Notes: generated by a model not told the origin, from the letters alone. 59,472 nt of DNA, filler included, from Dirinaria sp. TL-2023a (GCA_051941275.1; 9 parts of 9 records of this genome joined end to end with filler, not necessarily neighbours in it); one strand, 5' to 3'; shown: positions 22,106 through 33,099, counted from the first letter of the whole stretch. Made by a program: numbers and translations.

Positions 22106-23985
22106 TCAATGGATCCGAAAAACGCGTCTTTCAAGATCCTGACGCTCTCCATTCATCAGCCCGTGAACATAAGCATAGCCCCTCATAACAAAGTCTTCAC
22201 CATCCTGACGCAGTACCATAGGATACGTGCTTCCGAGAGCAACACATAGCTGATCACCCGGCTGGACGGCAGAGACGGAACACCCAAAGAGGCCTTCATT
22301 GGTAATGAAGAAGGAAGATTCCGGGTATTGGAAATCCCAAGCAGGTTTTCCAAATAGACGTCCATCTCCATGCCTCCCTTCTTCAGCGAGATTGTGCGGA
22401 ATATACTCCTCGAAAGTGTCTTTACGCAGCACAAGTTTCAGGTAGGCAATGAAGTTCTGCGTCAAATGGGTATCGTTTGTGGGGTTGGTGTTCTCGTCCA
22501 ATCCAAAGGAGAACGATGTCGCCGCAGCACTCAATGCGCTCCCGGCTATTGGTCTTTGCGATTGGCTTTTTTCGATTGTCGCAAGAATTCCCTGCCAGGC
22601 TGGCCTCAACAATCTTTTGCATTTATCCGATTCGATCATCGCATTGCTGAAGAAGCCTTCGTTGTAGGATTCGGAAAAACACACCGAATCAACGCAAAAA
22701 CCAGTCAAGGATAGTATATTATTTTCCTTCTCAATGTCCCAAATCGGAGCTGTGATGCCGGCTGGCTTCCAGGGCAGTGATCGTCCGAATCGAAATGGAT
22801 TACGAAAGATCATTGATTCATTCCACCTTGGGATCCATGAGGGTGTGCTGTTACCTGTGACATAGGTGAACACATCTGTCGAGTGGAAAGTGAGGAGAGA
22901 AACTTCCACAGAATCTCGGTATACCTCGAGGACTGGCTTCTTGTAGTTAGGGTCGAGCAGGTCGACCCCAAAGGAAACCTCAATGAGTCCCCTGAGGCCG
23001 TAAATGACGTCTCTTGGATCCATGCATGAATACGTTGATGCCAGATAAAGTATGGACAGCCAGTTCCTTGGATTCCTAGCCATTTCTGTCATGGTAGACA
23101 CCCACCAGCAATACGTATTGGAAAAGTTAAACTTGGTAGAGAAGGCCGGTTCCATGATAATATAGCCGGCAACAAGGTCAACCAGCTCCCATTCGATCTT
23201 CTCACAGCCGCAGTGAACTAATCGCTCATGGTTTGCACTGATCTCTTGAACCACCCATACTCGGGTAAAGTATTGGTGGGAATAAAGCCAAATCAATGAC
23301 TTCCACATTTCGTCGGTAATGAAGTCCAAATGATTTGGAAGAGGCAGTTTGTTACGATTTTTCAGCACAAGATCCTGGTAGATATTGCTTAATGACCGTA
23401 AATCCATGACGGAGACCCCAAGCCTGGTGCATAGAAAACTGGAGATTCCGCGAATCAAGCCGATGGCGATTGCCTCTTGACCATCGTCTGTGCCGGGCCC
23501 GAGCCACGCTAATACTCTCTGTGCTTTGCTGTATATTAATCGCATCTGCTTGACTTGATATCCACGTTCGAGAAGATTTGGCTGATTGATACTACCAATG
23601 AGTCAGAGCCCAGAGACTCACATTACAAGCGACTATGTGAAGCAAGACGAAGACTCTCCCCGGTATGAAGACACATCAGTGCCCTTCAAACTCACCATAA
23701 TGCATCTGCGTACAAGAACCTTGGCCGATCCTGATAGCGTAATTGAGAAAGTGCGCTGTAAAGACTCTGGGTCACTTCAATTATTTTCCCATTGCATAGG
23801 ACGTTGGCTTTGGCATTCGCATCACCCCAGGCATAGGAAACGGCCTCGTATGTTGGTGGATTGTTCCAATTCGTTGTGTGCAGCAAACAAGAAACAGGCT
23901 GGTCTCTCTCGCCAGGCAAGATCTCTGCCACGCGAAAGGAACCCGGAGGTGGTTTCGGCAGGTCATCGTAGAGATACAACGACAT
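22106..23985 (-). CDS. HET-domain protein (HET-6-like heterokaryon incompatibility); exons 23985-23696 and 23591-22106
   Basis: YEAVSYAWG, LYADAL|CINQQNLLERGYQVKQMRLIYSKAQRVLAWLG, YFTRVWVVQE, DPRDVIYGLRGL and C-terminal VQPGDQLCVALG..YVHGLMNGE. Intron 23695-23592. Confidence 0.93.
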
Positions 23986-24834
23986 GGGCGGTTTCGATAT
24001 TTCAACGAAGTAATGATCAGAACGGGGCGTTGTTTGGATAAGCCCAAAGTAAAACGACTCGTACCGTGGGAAGAGCGTGGCAGTTCTCATGAATTACCCC
24101 GCTCTAGGTTGGATGGTGGGCTCAGTCGCTGGTCAACATTAGAGGAGCCGCCGCTATTGGGCCGCGCGAAGTAGGTTCTGTGGCTGATTCCTCTGCCCTG
24201 CTCAGCGTATGACCGCTTGCCATGGGTCGATTGTGCCGCATGGTTGCGTGCTGTTTCACGACCGCTGTAACAACAGAAAAGTATCACGAGCGATTGATGG
24301 TGTACAGTACACGGGTGGCGGCAATGCTCCCCAGCCGAGAGACGCTGTGTTGCAATCGTGCAGCGATTTGGGGCCAATCAGTCAACTGCTCTACCTAACT
24401 ATCTACCGATCCACCCAGGGGACTTGAAGCCCCTTAAGTAGTAATTTGGCTGGCAGGAATGTCGCCGAATTTGCGTGCGGGGAGATTGCAATAGGCGGTA
24501 TAAGCAGCTGCGTTGCGACTCGCACAATTTGTCGCAACCACCAGTCCAACTACCGCTTAGCGACCTGTGTAGGGTTGCTCTACCACACTTCAACACGCTG
24601 GGCTCCGGGCTGTCGATCCCCCGAAAATCGTATATAGTCTGAACTCTGATTTAGACCGAAACTTCTCAATTACTACATACATCTTTGTTACACAGACATA
24701 GACTGAATCTCTACGCTGCCCTCTCAACTTCCACTGAGAACGAATTATCGGTCGATACCTAGTACAGAGGATTCTACATATTGACTCAGGCAATTGAATG
24801 GTCCTTCGATCAACGAATTCCATTACATTTGGAG

Positions 24835-25279
24835 ATGCCAACCCGCTTCAAATTAGTCTTTTTTGTTCCCCAATCTGCGCTCCAGGTTTGCAAGAACGCC
24901 GTCTTCTCAGCCGGTGCAGGCCGATACCCTGGGCCTGGAAACTATACCGAATGCTGTTGGACGGCCTCAGGAATCGGTCAATTTAGACCAGGCGATTTGG
25001 CCAACCCGAATATAGGCAGCAAGGGCACGCTGGAGGAAATCAGCGAGACCAGAGTGGAGACGTTGTGCGTAGGCGAAGATATTGCTAAAAAAGCAGTCGA
25101 TGCTCTCAAAAGGTGAGGTTGGTCCGTGTTGCGGTAAATCCCTATCATCCCACAGGTTGAACTGGATTCTATGAAGATGCATCATTCCCTACCAAAAAGT
25201 TTGGCTAGGCTAACGGAAGCTCAGAGCCCACCCGTTTGAGGAGCCCGCTTACGAGGTTTACAGGATAGAGGATTTTTGA
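24835..25279 (+). CDS. Small NIF3/DUF34 YqfO-like (PII-like insertion domain) protein; exons 24835-25112 and 25225-25279
   Basis: FKLVFFVP..VFSAGAGRYPGPGNYTECCW..GQFRPG..ANPNIG..RVETLC, then spliced RAHPFEEPAYEVYRIEDF. Intron GTGAGG..GCTAAC..CAG. Confidence 0.85.
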
Positions 25280-25567
25280 TAGTAGACATTGGATATCAGA
25301 TTGGGAGCAGGTCTGCATCAGTATATTTGGGTCGACTTAGAGTAAGGGAAAAGAGATCCATGAGTTTTGGGAGCTCATAGGTCGTAATGATGGCAAAGGC
25401 GTTATTTTATAATCTCCGATCGCCTCCATAGGTTGACACAATAATAGTTTTCATCGCAGTGCCATCGTCTCAACAAGCAACTGTTATACATAAGTATTGG
25501 TTGATTAGGTTTAGGGTCTTAAAATATGTTCTGATCTTTGGTACTAGAAGATGTAATGTTAGTGATA

Positions 25568-26004
25568 TGTTGCGTCTTCTACTATCGCCTGGGGGTCAGG
25601 CTCTAATATCAGACTAGGGTTAGGTCTGTTGGAGAGGTCTGTCAAGGAACAACGGGTGTCTCTTAGTGATATGGCAAGTATCACACAAGGTAAGGTACTT
25701 AGTACTTGTAGCAGTAGTAGACAAGTTAACTGAGATTGAACACGATGCCAGAAGGGCGTCGTGTTGGAGTTCTATATACACTTTGCGGTAGACATGGTAG
25801 ACACGGTAGACAGCGGTCTACCCGTTCTACCCCGTCTACCACTAGCCATGGTAGACGCGGTAGACAGCTGTCTAGCCTGTCTACCCGTGCTACCATGGTA
25901 GATCCGGTAGACGCTCGCCAAGACTGTCTAGCCGTCCACCCATCACGTGACCATTTGCTTAAGTAACCGCCCCTTGGCACCTAGTGTGCCCCAGGGTCGT
26001 AACA
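25568..26004 (-). mobile_element. Solo LTR (437 bp) with 5-bp target-site duplication TGATA
   Basis: Termini TGTTGCG...CGTAACA (TG..CA, 6/7 inverted match). TGATA at 25563-25567 and 26005-26009. TATA-like box near 25772 follows an internal repeat array when read on the minus strand. Confidence 0.82.
25787..25940. repeat. Array of GGTAGAC/GTCTACC motifs in alternating direct and inverted blocks inside the solo LTR
   Basis: ggtagac x3, gtctacc-like x3, ggtagac x2, gtcta x2, ggtaga x2 and further degenerate copies, spaced ~9 bp. Confidence 0.85.
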
Positions 26005-26090
26005 TGATACCTGCCAATTATTTCCCTTTCAACCCACTATTATCTTTACCAATACTCATTTTTGTTTAGACGATTTAAATCTGACCAGAA

Positions 26091-26493
26091 TGTTAGGACC
26101 GGTGCAGAGCTCACGTCAATGCAGGTATGATTAACTAAGGATATTATCACTGAGGAAAGAAGAAGAGAAGCTAGATACAACAGGGGGCCCCGAGTTTATA
26201 TGCGTGTGTGCGGGTGTCGGGTAAACACCCAGATCAGGTTAGCACATTACCCCCGAGAACCCTGGAAGGTGTTGCCCCAGGTAGTATACCAGGTGCATGG
26301 AAAAGAACTACCCGACATACAGCTTAATCTCTAAAACGAGTCGGCATGTATAACCCATTATTAAGCGTGTATATTGACCTCTAGGACCGACGAGTGCGGT
26401 ACGGGAGTCGAGAGACCTCAAATCAATCATTGTTTACTTAACCTTCTACGCGTGAAGGCTCGTCGCCGTCACGTACACAAGGGGTATCGTATA
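26091..26493 (-). mobile_element. Partial second LTR, cut by contig end
   Basis: Begins TGTTAGGACC on + (ends CCTAACA on -). Minus strand shows TATAAA followed by a pyrimidine-rich tract typical of LTR R/U5. The other terminus and TSD are not visible. Confidence 0.55.
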
Positions 26494-26593
26494 NNNNNNN
26501 NNNNNNNNNNNNNNNNNNNNNNNNNNNNNNNNNNNNNTTAATTAATTAANNNNNNNNNNNNNNNNNNNNNNNNNNNNNNNNNNNNNNNNNNNN
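26494..26593. other. Artificial contig linker 4
   Basis: Same 100-bp spacer. Confidence 0.99.
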
Positions 26594-27015
26594 CCCCAAA
26601 CCAAACCACAGATTACACACACGAACCCCCAAAGACTTCTCTCACTCATGAGCCTTTTCCCTCTCTTGTTTCTGAGGCTTTGAGCCCAGCTTCTTTTCCG
26701 AGAAAACTTATCAGCCGACGTAACCCCGAAGAAGGTAGTCAAAGCGAAGGTTAAAACCGAAGAGCGTCGCCTCAGCACATGCCAACACATGCCAACGTAA
26801 CCCGAAGGTAGTCCAAGCAAGTGTTGACCACATGGTGGCCAGAGAAACGGCCGACGTAGACCCGGAAAATAGTCATTTGTCTCATGGAGCGTGTATGAGT
26901 ACGAGGAGGTCACTTTTGTGGGGCAAGTAGATGTGCGGTTGGAATGAATAAGCAAACAAGCTGAACATGTAATGCTACGGAGTGCGAACTTTTTTCTCAA
27001 GCTGAAACCACCTCT

Positions 27016-30000
27016 CTAATTAGTCCTATTCTCCTGCAGGATTTTCGCCAGCTCTTTCGCGTCCTCGTCCTTGCCCACACGGATCATGTATGTAGCTAGT
27101 GTGCCATTGTCCATAGCAACCGCGATCTTGACGGACTTTGGCGCGGCGTACTCATAGTCGATGCCACTCAGTAGAGCCGTGTTGATGGTAATTCTTCCGC
27201 TAGGGTCTTGCCGCAACAAGATCCTTGTCTTACCGGTCTCGGGATGTTTCAGAACTCGAAGCGGGCCCACTCCCTTGTTGACCCATTCTTTCTTTTTATT
27301 ATCATACGTCAGGGCCTTGCCCCTGACCTCGAACAGATTCTCTTCGTCTTCCTCACCGGGTCCTTTAGTGAGGTCAATCTGCTCTTCGTTCCCCCGATCT
27401 TCCGCGGATTCATCCAGACTATCGCCTGCGCTGGACGCTCCTGGCGACGTAGCACGAGAGGAGTCGTTGGCTGTTGTATCGGACGGTGGAGCTAGAGATG
27501 AACCTGCGGATTTTGAATCGAAAGCAATGCCAAAACCAACCGCAGGACCTTTACTGGAAAGAGTGCCAACCGGGCTTGAAGCAGATCCTGTAGCCGTCTC
27601 CGATGATCCACCTGCGTTCGAAGAGCCGAACAGTCCTCCGAAGGGGCTCTTAGATGGTGACGGGGATGTGATATGGACACTAGGAGCTGCACTGGTGCCT
27701 CCAAATTTGATGGGGCTGTCGGCTTTCCAAGTGTGATCACCGGGGCTGGTTTCTGTTCCTGGTCCGTGGGAGTTGCCTATCTTTTCGGAGGATGGGCCAA
27801 ATATATTGGATTTAGAAGTAGATGAGCTCGAGTTACTCAAATCAAATCCGGAGAAAGGTTGTGCAGACGCCTTGGAGTTTGGTGTCGCAACTTTGTATTG
27901 GTCCATGAGGTTGCCAAAGATGTTATTGGTGATATTATTGGTTTTCTTCTCTTCCGCGGCTGGTAGCTCCTTGAGTGGATTTCCGTTCTCATCGTTGGAT
28001 ATGCGGTCAAATAGGCTACGTCCTCCAGAGGTCGACTTCTGCGGCTCCACTTCCTCATCCTCATCAGAACTCTCGGAATCTGGCCCTTCATCATCAGCAT
28101 CACCTTTCTTCCCTCCATCAGTGCCAGATTCAACGTCGGAAAGATGACCGAAGATGTTGAGTCCGTTCGAAATTGGCTGTCGCGGCTGGTCGAACACAGA
28201 GACACTTGAAGCTCTAGACTGGCCACGGGACTCAGCTTCATCTGAGCCTGCGTCTTTCTTCACTTCATTCTCCTGCTCAATGGATGCAAAAACGAACCCC
28301 TGGCCGGGTACGAACTTAGCAGCTTTGCCTTGCAAAGACTCACCAAGCTTCTGCTTCTTTGCAATTTGCGCTTCAGCGTCCTTACGCTCCCAATCCTCTT
28401 CATTGTCCTCATCAGAATCAAATTCTTCGGCTTTTCGCTTCGCTTTCTCCCGCTCTTCAGTTGCGTCAACTGCCTTACGGAACTGTGACATGAAGTTGAC
28501 TGGGGCTCCTGAGCCGAATTTTGGTGGCTGGAATGTTGGCTTCTCTGTAGCGGTCTTTGCTGGGGAAACAGGGGTAGGGCTCGTTGTAGTACCAGTAAAT
28601 TTGAAAGGCGAAGCTACGCCCGCTAATGGAGCTGTTGGATTCGACGAGTTGGATTGATTGAACAGGGAAGACTGTTGAATAAAGGTTGTCGAGGGAAAAA
28701 AGCTTGCACTGCTTGCTTTAGGTGTCTCCGTAGCATCCTTAGGACTGCTCTCTGGGGCCGGAAACACAAGCCGCGAGTTTCCACGGGATCCAGAGGAATC
28801 CTGCGCCAAATTGGTGCCATTAGTTAGAGATTTCGGGGTGCTCCCAAATGGCCCCGGTCCCGAATTATTAACAATGCTCTTGAAAATGTTCGACGTCTCC
28901 GAACTGGCTGAGTTTAATGACGGAGAGGAGATCGTGCCTTCCACTCGTGTCTTCTTCGCCGCATTCATAGCGCCTTCGTCTGGGTTGTTCGGCGGGTCGT
29001 CATCGGCCTTTCTCTTCCCCGGAGATGAATACTTCGCAGAGCTAGCTTGGTTGTTTATCTGCTGGCTTGCATTGACGCCGTTTGTCAATGCACTATTGGC
29101 TTGTGGTTCAATTGTGGCTGCGTCGGACAACGATGTCCCAACCTCTGATCTCTTAGCACTGCTCAGCTCGTGTCCATCCTGCGGGGAATGCCTTTTGCTA
29201 CCAGCAGCGCTCGTGAGTGGACGACCAGCAGCGGCGACGATAGCTTGTCTTCTTTCGTTATAGTAATCTATGACTTTAGGTATTTCCGATTCGGAAACTT
29301 GGGCACAGAGTTTTTTGATCCCCGCACTCAAGGCTTTGAGCCGCCAAAGAGTGTTGTGTGACCGCTTGACTTCTTCACTCGAATTCACTGAGGAGAAAGG
29401 TGGTGAGCCGATTGCGCTATCAAATGATTCTATAGACCCATCATCCCTTTGATCGGTAATGTCTGTTCTAGATGACATTAGGCTGGATGGGGCGTCTGCA
29501 ACTTCGATGCTGGACTGTGGTATTGCCTCCACCGCTTTGGATGCAGCAGGTGGAGTCGCTTCTTGAGCAAAGGGGTGGGATAACTGTACAGGGGGCGTTT
29601 TCGAGCTGAAAATAGAGCTTCCAAGGTTCGGAGAGCTGGTAGCGTTTTGAGACAGAGCCGAAAAAGATTTCGCTACATGCCGATCTTCTTTCTCAGGATC
29701 TTTGCGACCAGTAGTGTTTGTAGGGTTTATCGGTTGACCAAAGGCAGTAAAGACATTAGTCGGGGTGCTAGGTGCTGTGCCAGTAGGAATATCAATATGA
29801 GCGTTCGGGTCGTTTGGGCGTGAGATCCTGTCAAATAAGCTTTCGCCTTGCTTTCCCGGTTCTGCTTTCGCGCTTGTGCTGGACACCTGCCCGTTCACAG
29901 TAGCTGGTAGCGGTGTTCTGTCAAACAGGCTCCTCCCTTGAAGGGGCGGAGCACTGGATACCGTTTTCTCACCTGTGTCGGAGACAGCTGAGTTAGAAAA

Positions 30001-31002
30001 GAAAAGGTTCTTGCCATTGGTCTGCGGAGTGGGAGACGCTGAAAAGTTAATCGATGCAAAAGGATTGGGTGGCGTCTTATCCTTAGTCTGTGGGGAGGTA
30101 TCTGGAGTCGTGGACATGTTGTCTCCTTCCAGAGCGGCCTGATCTGAACTTTGTGCCTGGCCAGATGCATTCTTGTTTGTCAATTGTTGAATGGACGGAG
30201 TGGATTTCTGCTCAAAAATGCCGGACGAGGGTTTGGTTTGCGGGACCTGGATGCTCGCAAATGGATTCGAGTCGGGTATGTCAGCCGACTGGGAAGTCTG
30301 AGATTTGCTGAAAGGATTGCCCGTTGCGAGACGCTTTTGTTGCGCGAGCTGATCGAAAAGACTCTGCTGGCCATAAAGAGTCGGATTTTTCCGATCGAAA
30401 TCGGGATCGGCCGAGTTTGATTCTGGGGTAGGCTGAGCCAGTGTAGTCTGAGCCAATGTAGCTTGGGACGGCGGAGCTTGAGCCGGTATATTGAAGAGAC
30501 TGCCTTGATATCCGGCTTGATGCGTGCCCAGGCTTGGTGTGCCGTTATCCTTGGCCAATGAGGCAAAGGGGTTGTTAATCGATGTGCTAGGCCCAGGTGC
30601 AAAGTTGAATCCAGAGTTTGGCGGCGCGAACTGGAAACCCGAGCTGGTATTTATGTTGTTCCCAAACAAAGGAAAGGAGGCGCTTGGCGATGCTGGTTGG
30701 GTGTCGTTGGACTTCGGTTGCGGCATACCTCCAAAAGACTGCGATCCAAACTGAAACAGGCTTTTCTGCTGCTGTGTACCGTTTGCGGTATTGGGATCGA
30801 CATTTCCCAAAGGGGTCTGTGCCGCTTGAGGCATGGTTCGGGAGGGAGAGTCTGTAAGTCCTGGACGTCGTGGAGCTCCAGCACGGCGATTACTTCGAAT
30901 GGATCGTATCCTATCGGCGCGACGTTGAAAGTAAGTCTTTGCTTTGATGTCCGCAATACCGTCTTTTAAATTACGTGTGACATCTTGTATGTATTCGTCC
31001 AT
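27016..31002 (-). CDS. NUP2: Nup2/Nup61-like FG nucleoporin with C-terminal RanBP1 (Ran-binding) domain
   Basis: ~1330-aa Ser/Thr/Pro-rich ORF with FxF/FG and repeated SLFDR motifs. C-terminus GPGEEDEENLFEVRGKAL..WVNKGVGPLRVLKHPETGKTRILLRQDPSG is a RanBD. First ATG at 31002. Confidence 0.85.
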   Translation of the reverse strand: MDEYIQDVTRNLKDGIADIKAKTYFQRRADRIRSIRSNRRAGAPRRPGLTDSPSRTMPQAAQTPLGNVDPNTANGTQQQKSLFQFGSQSFGGMPQPKSNDTQPASPSASFPLFGNNINTSSGFQFAPPNSGFNFAPGPSTSINNPFASLAKDNGTPSLGTHQAGYQGSLFNIPAQAPPSQATLAQTTLAQPTPESNSADPDFDRKNPTLYGQQSLFDQLAQQKRLATGNPFSKSQTSQSADIPDSNPFASIQVPQTKPSSGIFEQKSTPSIQQLTNKNASGQAQSSDQAALEGDNMSTTPDTSPQTKDKTPPNPFASINFSASPTPQTNGKNLFFSNSAVSDTGEKTVSSAPPLQGRSLFDRTPLPATVNGQVSSTSAKAEPGKQGESLFDRISRPNDPNAHIDIPTGTAPSTPTNVFTAFGQPINPTNTTGRKDPEKEDRHVAKSFSALSQNATSSPNLGSSIFSSKTPPVQLSHPFAQEATPPAASKAVEAIPQSSIEVADAPSSLMSSRTDITDQRDDGSIESFDSAIGSPPFSSVNSSEEVKRSHNTLWRLKALSAGIKKLCAQVSESEIPKVIDYYNERRQAIVAAAGRPLTSAAGSKRHSPQDGHELSSAKRSEVGTSLSDAATIEPQANSALTNGVNASQQINNQASSAKYSSPGKRKADDDPPNNPDEGAMNAAKKTRVEGTISSPSLNSASSETSNIFKSIVNNSGPGPFGSTPKSLTNGTNLAQDSSGSRGNSRLVFPAPESSPKDATETPKASSASFFPSTTFIQQSSLFNQSNSSNPTAPLAGVASPFKFTGTTTSPTPVSPAKTATEKPTFQPPKFGSGAPVNFMSQFRKAVDATEEREKAKRKAEEFDSDEDNEEDWERKDAEAQIAKKQKLGESLQGKAAKFVPGQGFVFASIEQENEVKKDAGSDEAESRGQSRASSVSVFDQPRQPISNGLNIFGHLSDVESGTDGGKKGDADDEGPDSESSDEDEEVEPQKSTSGGRSLFDRISNDENGNPLKELPAAEEKKTNNITNNIFGNLMDQYKVATPNSKASAQPFSGFDLSNSSSSTSKSNIFGPSSEKIGNSHGPGTETSPGDHTWKADSPIKFGGTSAAPSVHITSPSPSKSPFGGLFGSSNAGGSSETATGSASSPVGTLSSKGPAVGFGIAFDSKSAGSSLAPPSDTTANDSSRATSPGASSAGDSLDESAEDRGNEEQIDLTKGPGEEDEENLFEVRGKALTYDNKKKEWVNKGVGPLRVLKHPETGKTRILLRQDPSGRITINTALLSGIDYEYAAPKSVKIAVAMDNGTLATYMIRVGKDEDAKELAKILQENRTN

Positions 31003-32564
31003 GATTGTGGGAGTAGTGATGAGGTTGGAAGGAAGGTGCAAGGTGTTGGGTAAAATGTTTGTGATGTAGGAGCATCAGGGTTGAGGTTAAAGGAGGAGGG
31101 TTCTGGGAGTAGACAACTTTGCGGATGTATTGTGTTGTTGCAGAGGTGCAGTGAAGAAGGATGGTCACAGGACAGTCTTGTGCTGGCTGCTATTGATGTC
31201 TTCCAACAACAATATGGCCACCGCCATTTCATAGTAGAACAATAGGACTTACTGTCTGTTTGCCATCTGCGCGCTAGTCGCCCTTTGAGCAGTCTCCTGC
31301 CCTTCACCAACGTCCATAAAACTATTCGTAGCCCCATCTCTTTGGGTTTCAGCGGCGCGCTTCGACATTTTGCTGATGCTCCGCTCGCGCCTGCAGCGCG
31401 CGAGCTACTGGCAAAGCTTATTGTACCGTATATGAGGACAACCGTATTGCGCAATCAGGTACTAGACGTATACCACATACGCAAAAGGGATCTGTGAAAG
31501 GTTGGATTGAAGAGCTGCGGACTTGTTTAAGACTGCCGCATCCGGGGAGAGCGGCGTCAAAACAAACAACGTCCCTGGACTGGACCCCATCAACACTTCA
31601 CTCCGCGCTCCAAGGGGTACAGCAGACCTTGTTCATTCCTAGATGACGGCGAAAGCAAGCTGAATCTGAGGCAAAATGGGGAACTGGAATCTCGATGACT
31701 GGTTGTCGTCAAAAAATACGGTGCATCAGCCGCCAAGCGAGGTCCCGAGAATTGGATCACGTGATTGATGCCTGCTCAATTGGGAAGGAACATTCTCTCC
31801 GCAGGTAACTCAGATGAAGTAGTAAACATCACCACCCAATTCACTGTGCGGTTAGGAGTAACGGACTTGAGAATTGAAGTTCTTAAAGGCAGAGAGACAG
31901 CAGTCGCCCTCTCAGAGTTTCACCTGTGTGTTACTTATTGTCTACAGGATCGTGTTACTCGCACTGCAGCAGAAACCTATTCACCATATGTATTGCGCCT
32001 CCGCTCGCCAGATTGATTAGCTCTAGCAGAGTGTTTGAATGGTCTTTCCGAAACAGACACTCTCATCTTTTCATGCCGAAGACTTCAGGAGTGTGCTGTA
32101 CAGACAGCTGCAGCTGGGGCTAAGCTACTCGCCACTGTGTTTCGATCCGGCAATAACCATCTTACATTAAGGGTGAGGGTACGGCGTCGCCGTTTGCCTC
32201 ATAATTTAGTATAAGGCAATCCGTCATCGAAAGTCCAAGCAATAAATTCTTGCAGCTGCGAAACATCATCACGCTACCAGAGGTCTTCTATCCGAACTTG
32301 ATAGGGCCGCTACGGTTTTTATGGGCATGAGGCTGCATTTCGTGCCGTTCAGCGCACTCGTTACCTTGCACAAGATAACGACTGGAAGTATGGGGCTCTA
32401 AAGATATGGCTTCCTCCCCTCGTGCCTTTGCTGTGCATGCTCGTCCTCGCGTCAGCTTTTTTGAATTTCCTTCCCAATCAAATAAGTTGTCATTCTACAG
32501 TATGCTTGCTTCAACAATCCGTATATCTCCTATATCTCCTAATAGCCCTTTGGAATACACTATC

Positions 32565-33099
32565 ATGATGAAGCAGTCATCATTCGCGATCACGTTGCTC
32601 TGCTTTGCTCTCTTTCTGTCGTCTGTAACTCCAATCTGTTACTTCCCAACAAATACCCGAACCAAGGCCTCCTTGCAATCCAAAAGCAGATATTAATATA
32701 CGCTGTAGTATAAACTGAACCTGCCTCTCAAATGATATCTGCCATTACACGAAGCATTCTGATATTACCATCTATGGCCGGCATTCATTCACTGACAGGA
32801 ACTTGGAACTCTCTCATCTGCCCTCAGTGCTGCTTGTCCGGTATGCCGTTCCATATCTCGTTTCATGAGCTGCTATAGCTCATTATATCACAGAAAATCC
32901 CAACGACGGCATCGTAATGTATAATTGCACTCCTGGCAAGGACTAGTGTTGCGAATCCCGAGGACAAAGGGTTCACCTAACAGCAGCTGCTGCTCAGTCT
33001 CCAATAGTATCTTGCATTTAGGGCCAGGAATAAAACCCCTCAGCAGTATCATCATCACCACACCTCAAACCTCAAAAACCTTCCAACCCAACCCAACCC
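32565..33099 (+). pseudogene. Degenerate gene for a secreted/cell-surface Cys-rich protein
   Basis: Signal peptide + CYFP. Across frameshifts: PCNPKADINIRCSIN*TCLSNDIC..YGRHSFTDR/TWNSLICPQCC. Intron 32841-32893, then YNCTPGKD*CCE and a Ser/Thr-rich tail. Confidence 0.65.

Noticed and set aside
25505..25625. TTAGGG-like words as telomeric repeats
   Set aside because: Only isolated one- or two-unit matches, not a tandem array.
25787..25940. GGTAGAC array as a CRISPR-like locus
   Set aside because: Units are 7 bp with 2-4 bp gaps and mixed orientation, with no unique spacers or cas genes; it lies inside an LTR in eukaryotic DNA.
27161..30969. Many plus-strand ORFs overlapping the Nup2-like gene (similar shadow ORFs occur over other genes)
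   Set aside because: Antisense or alternate-frame shadows of real coding sequence.
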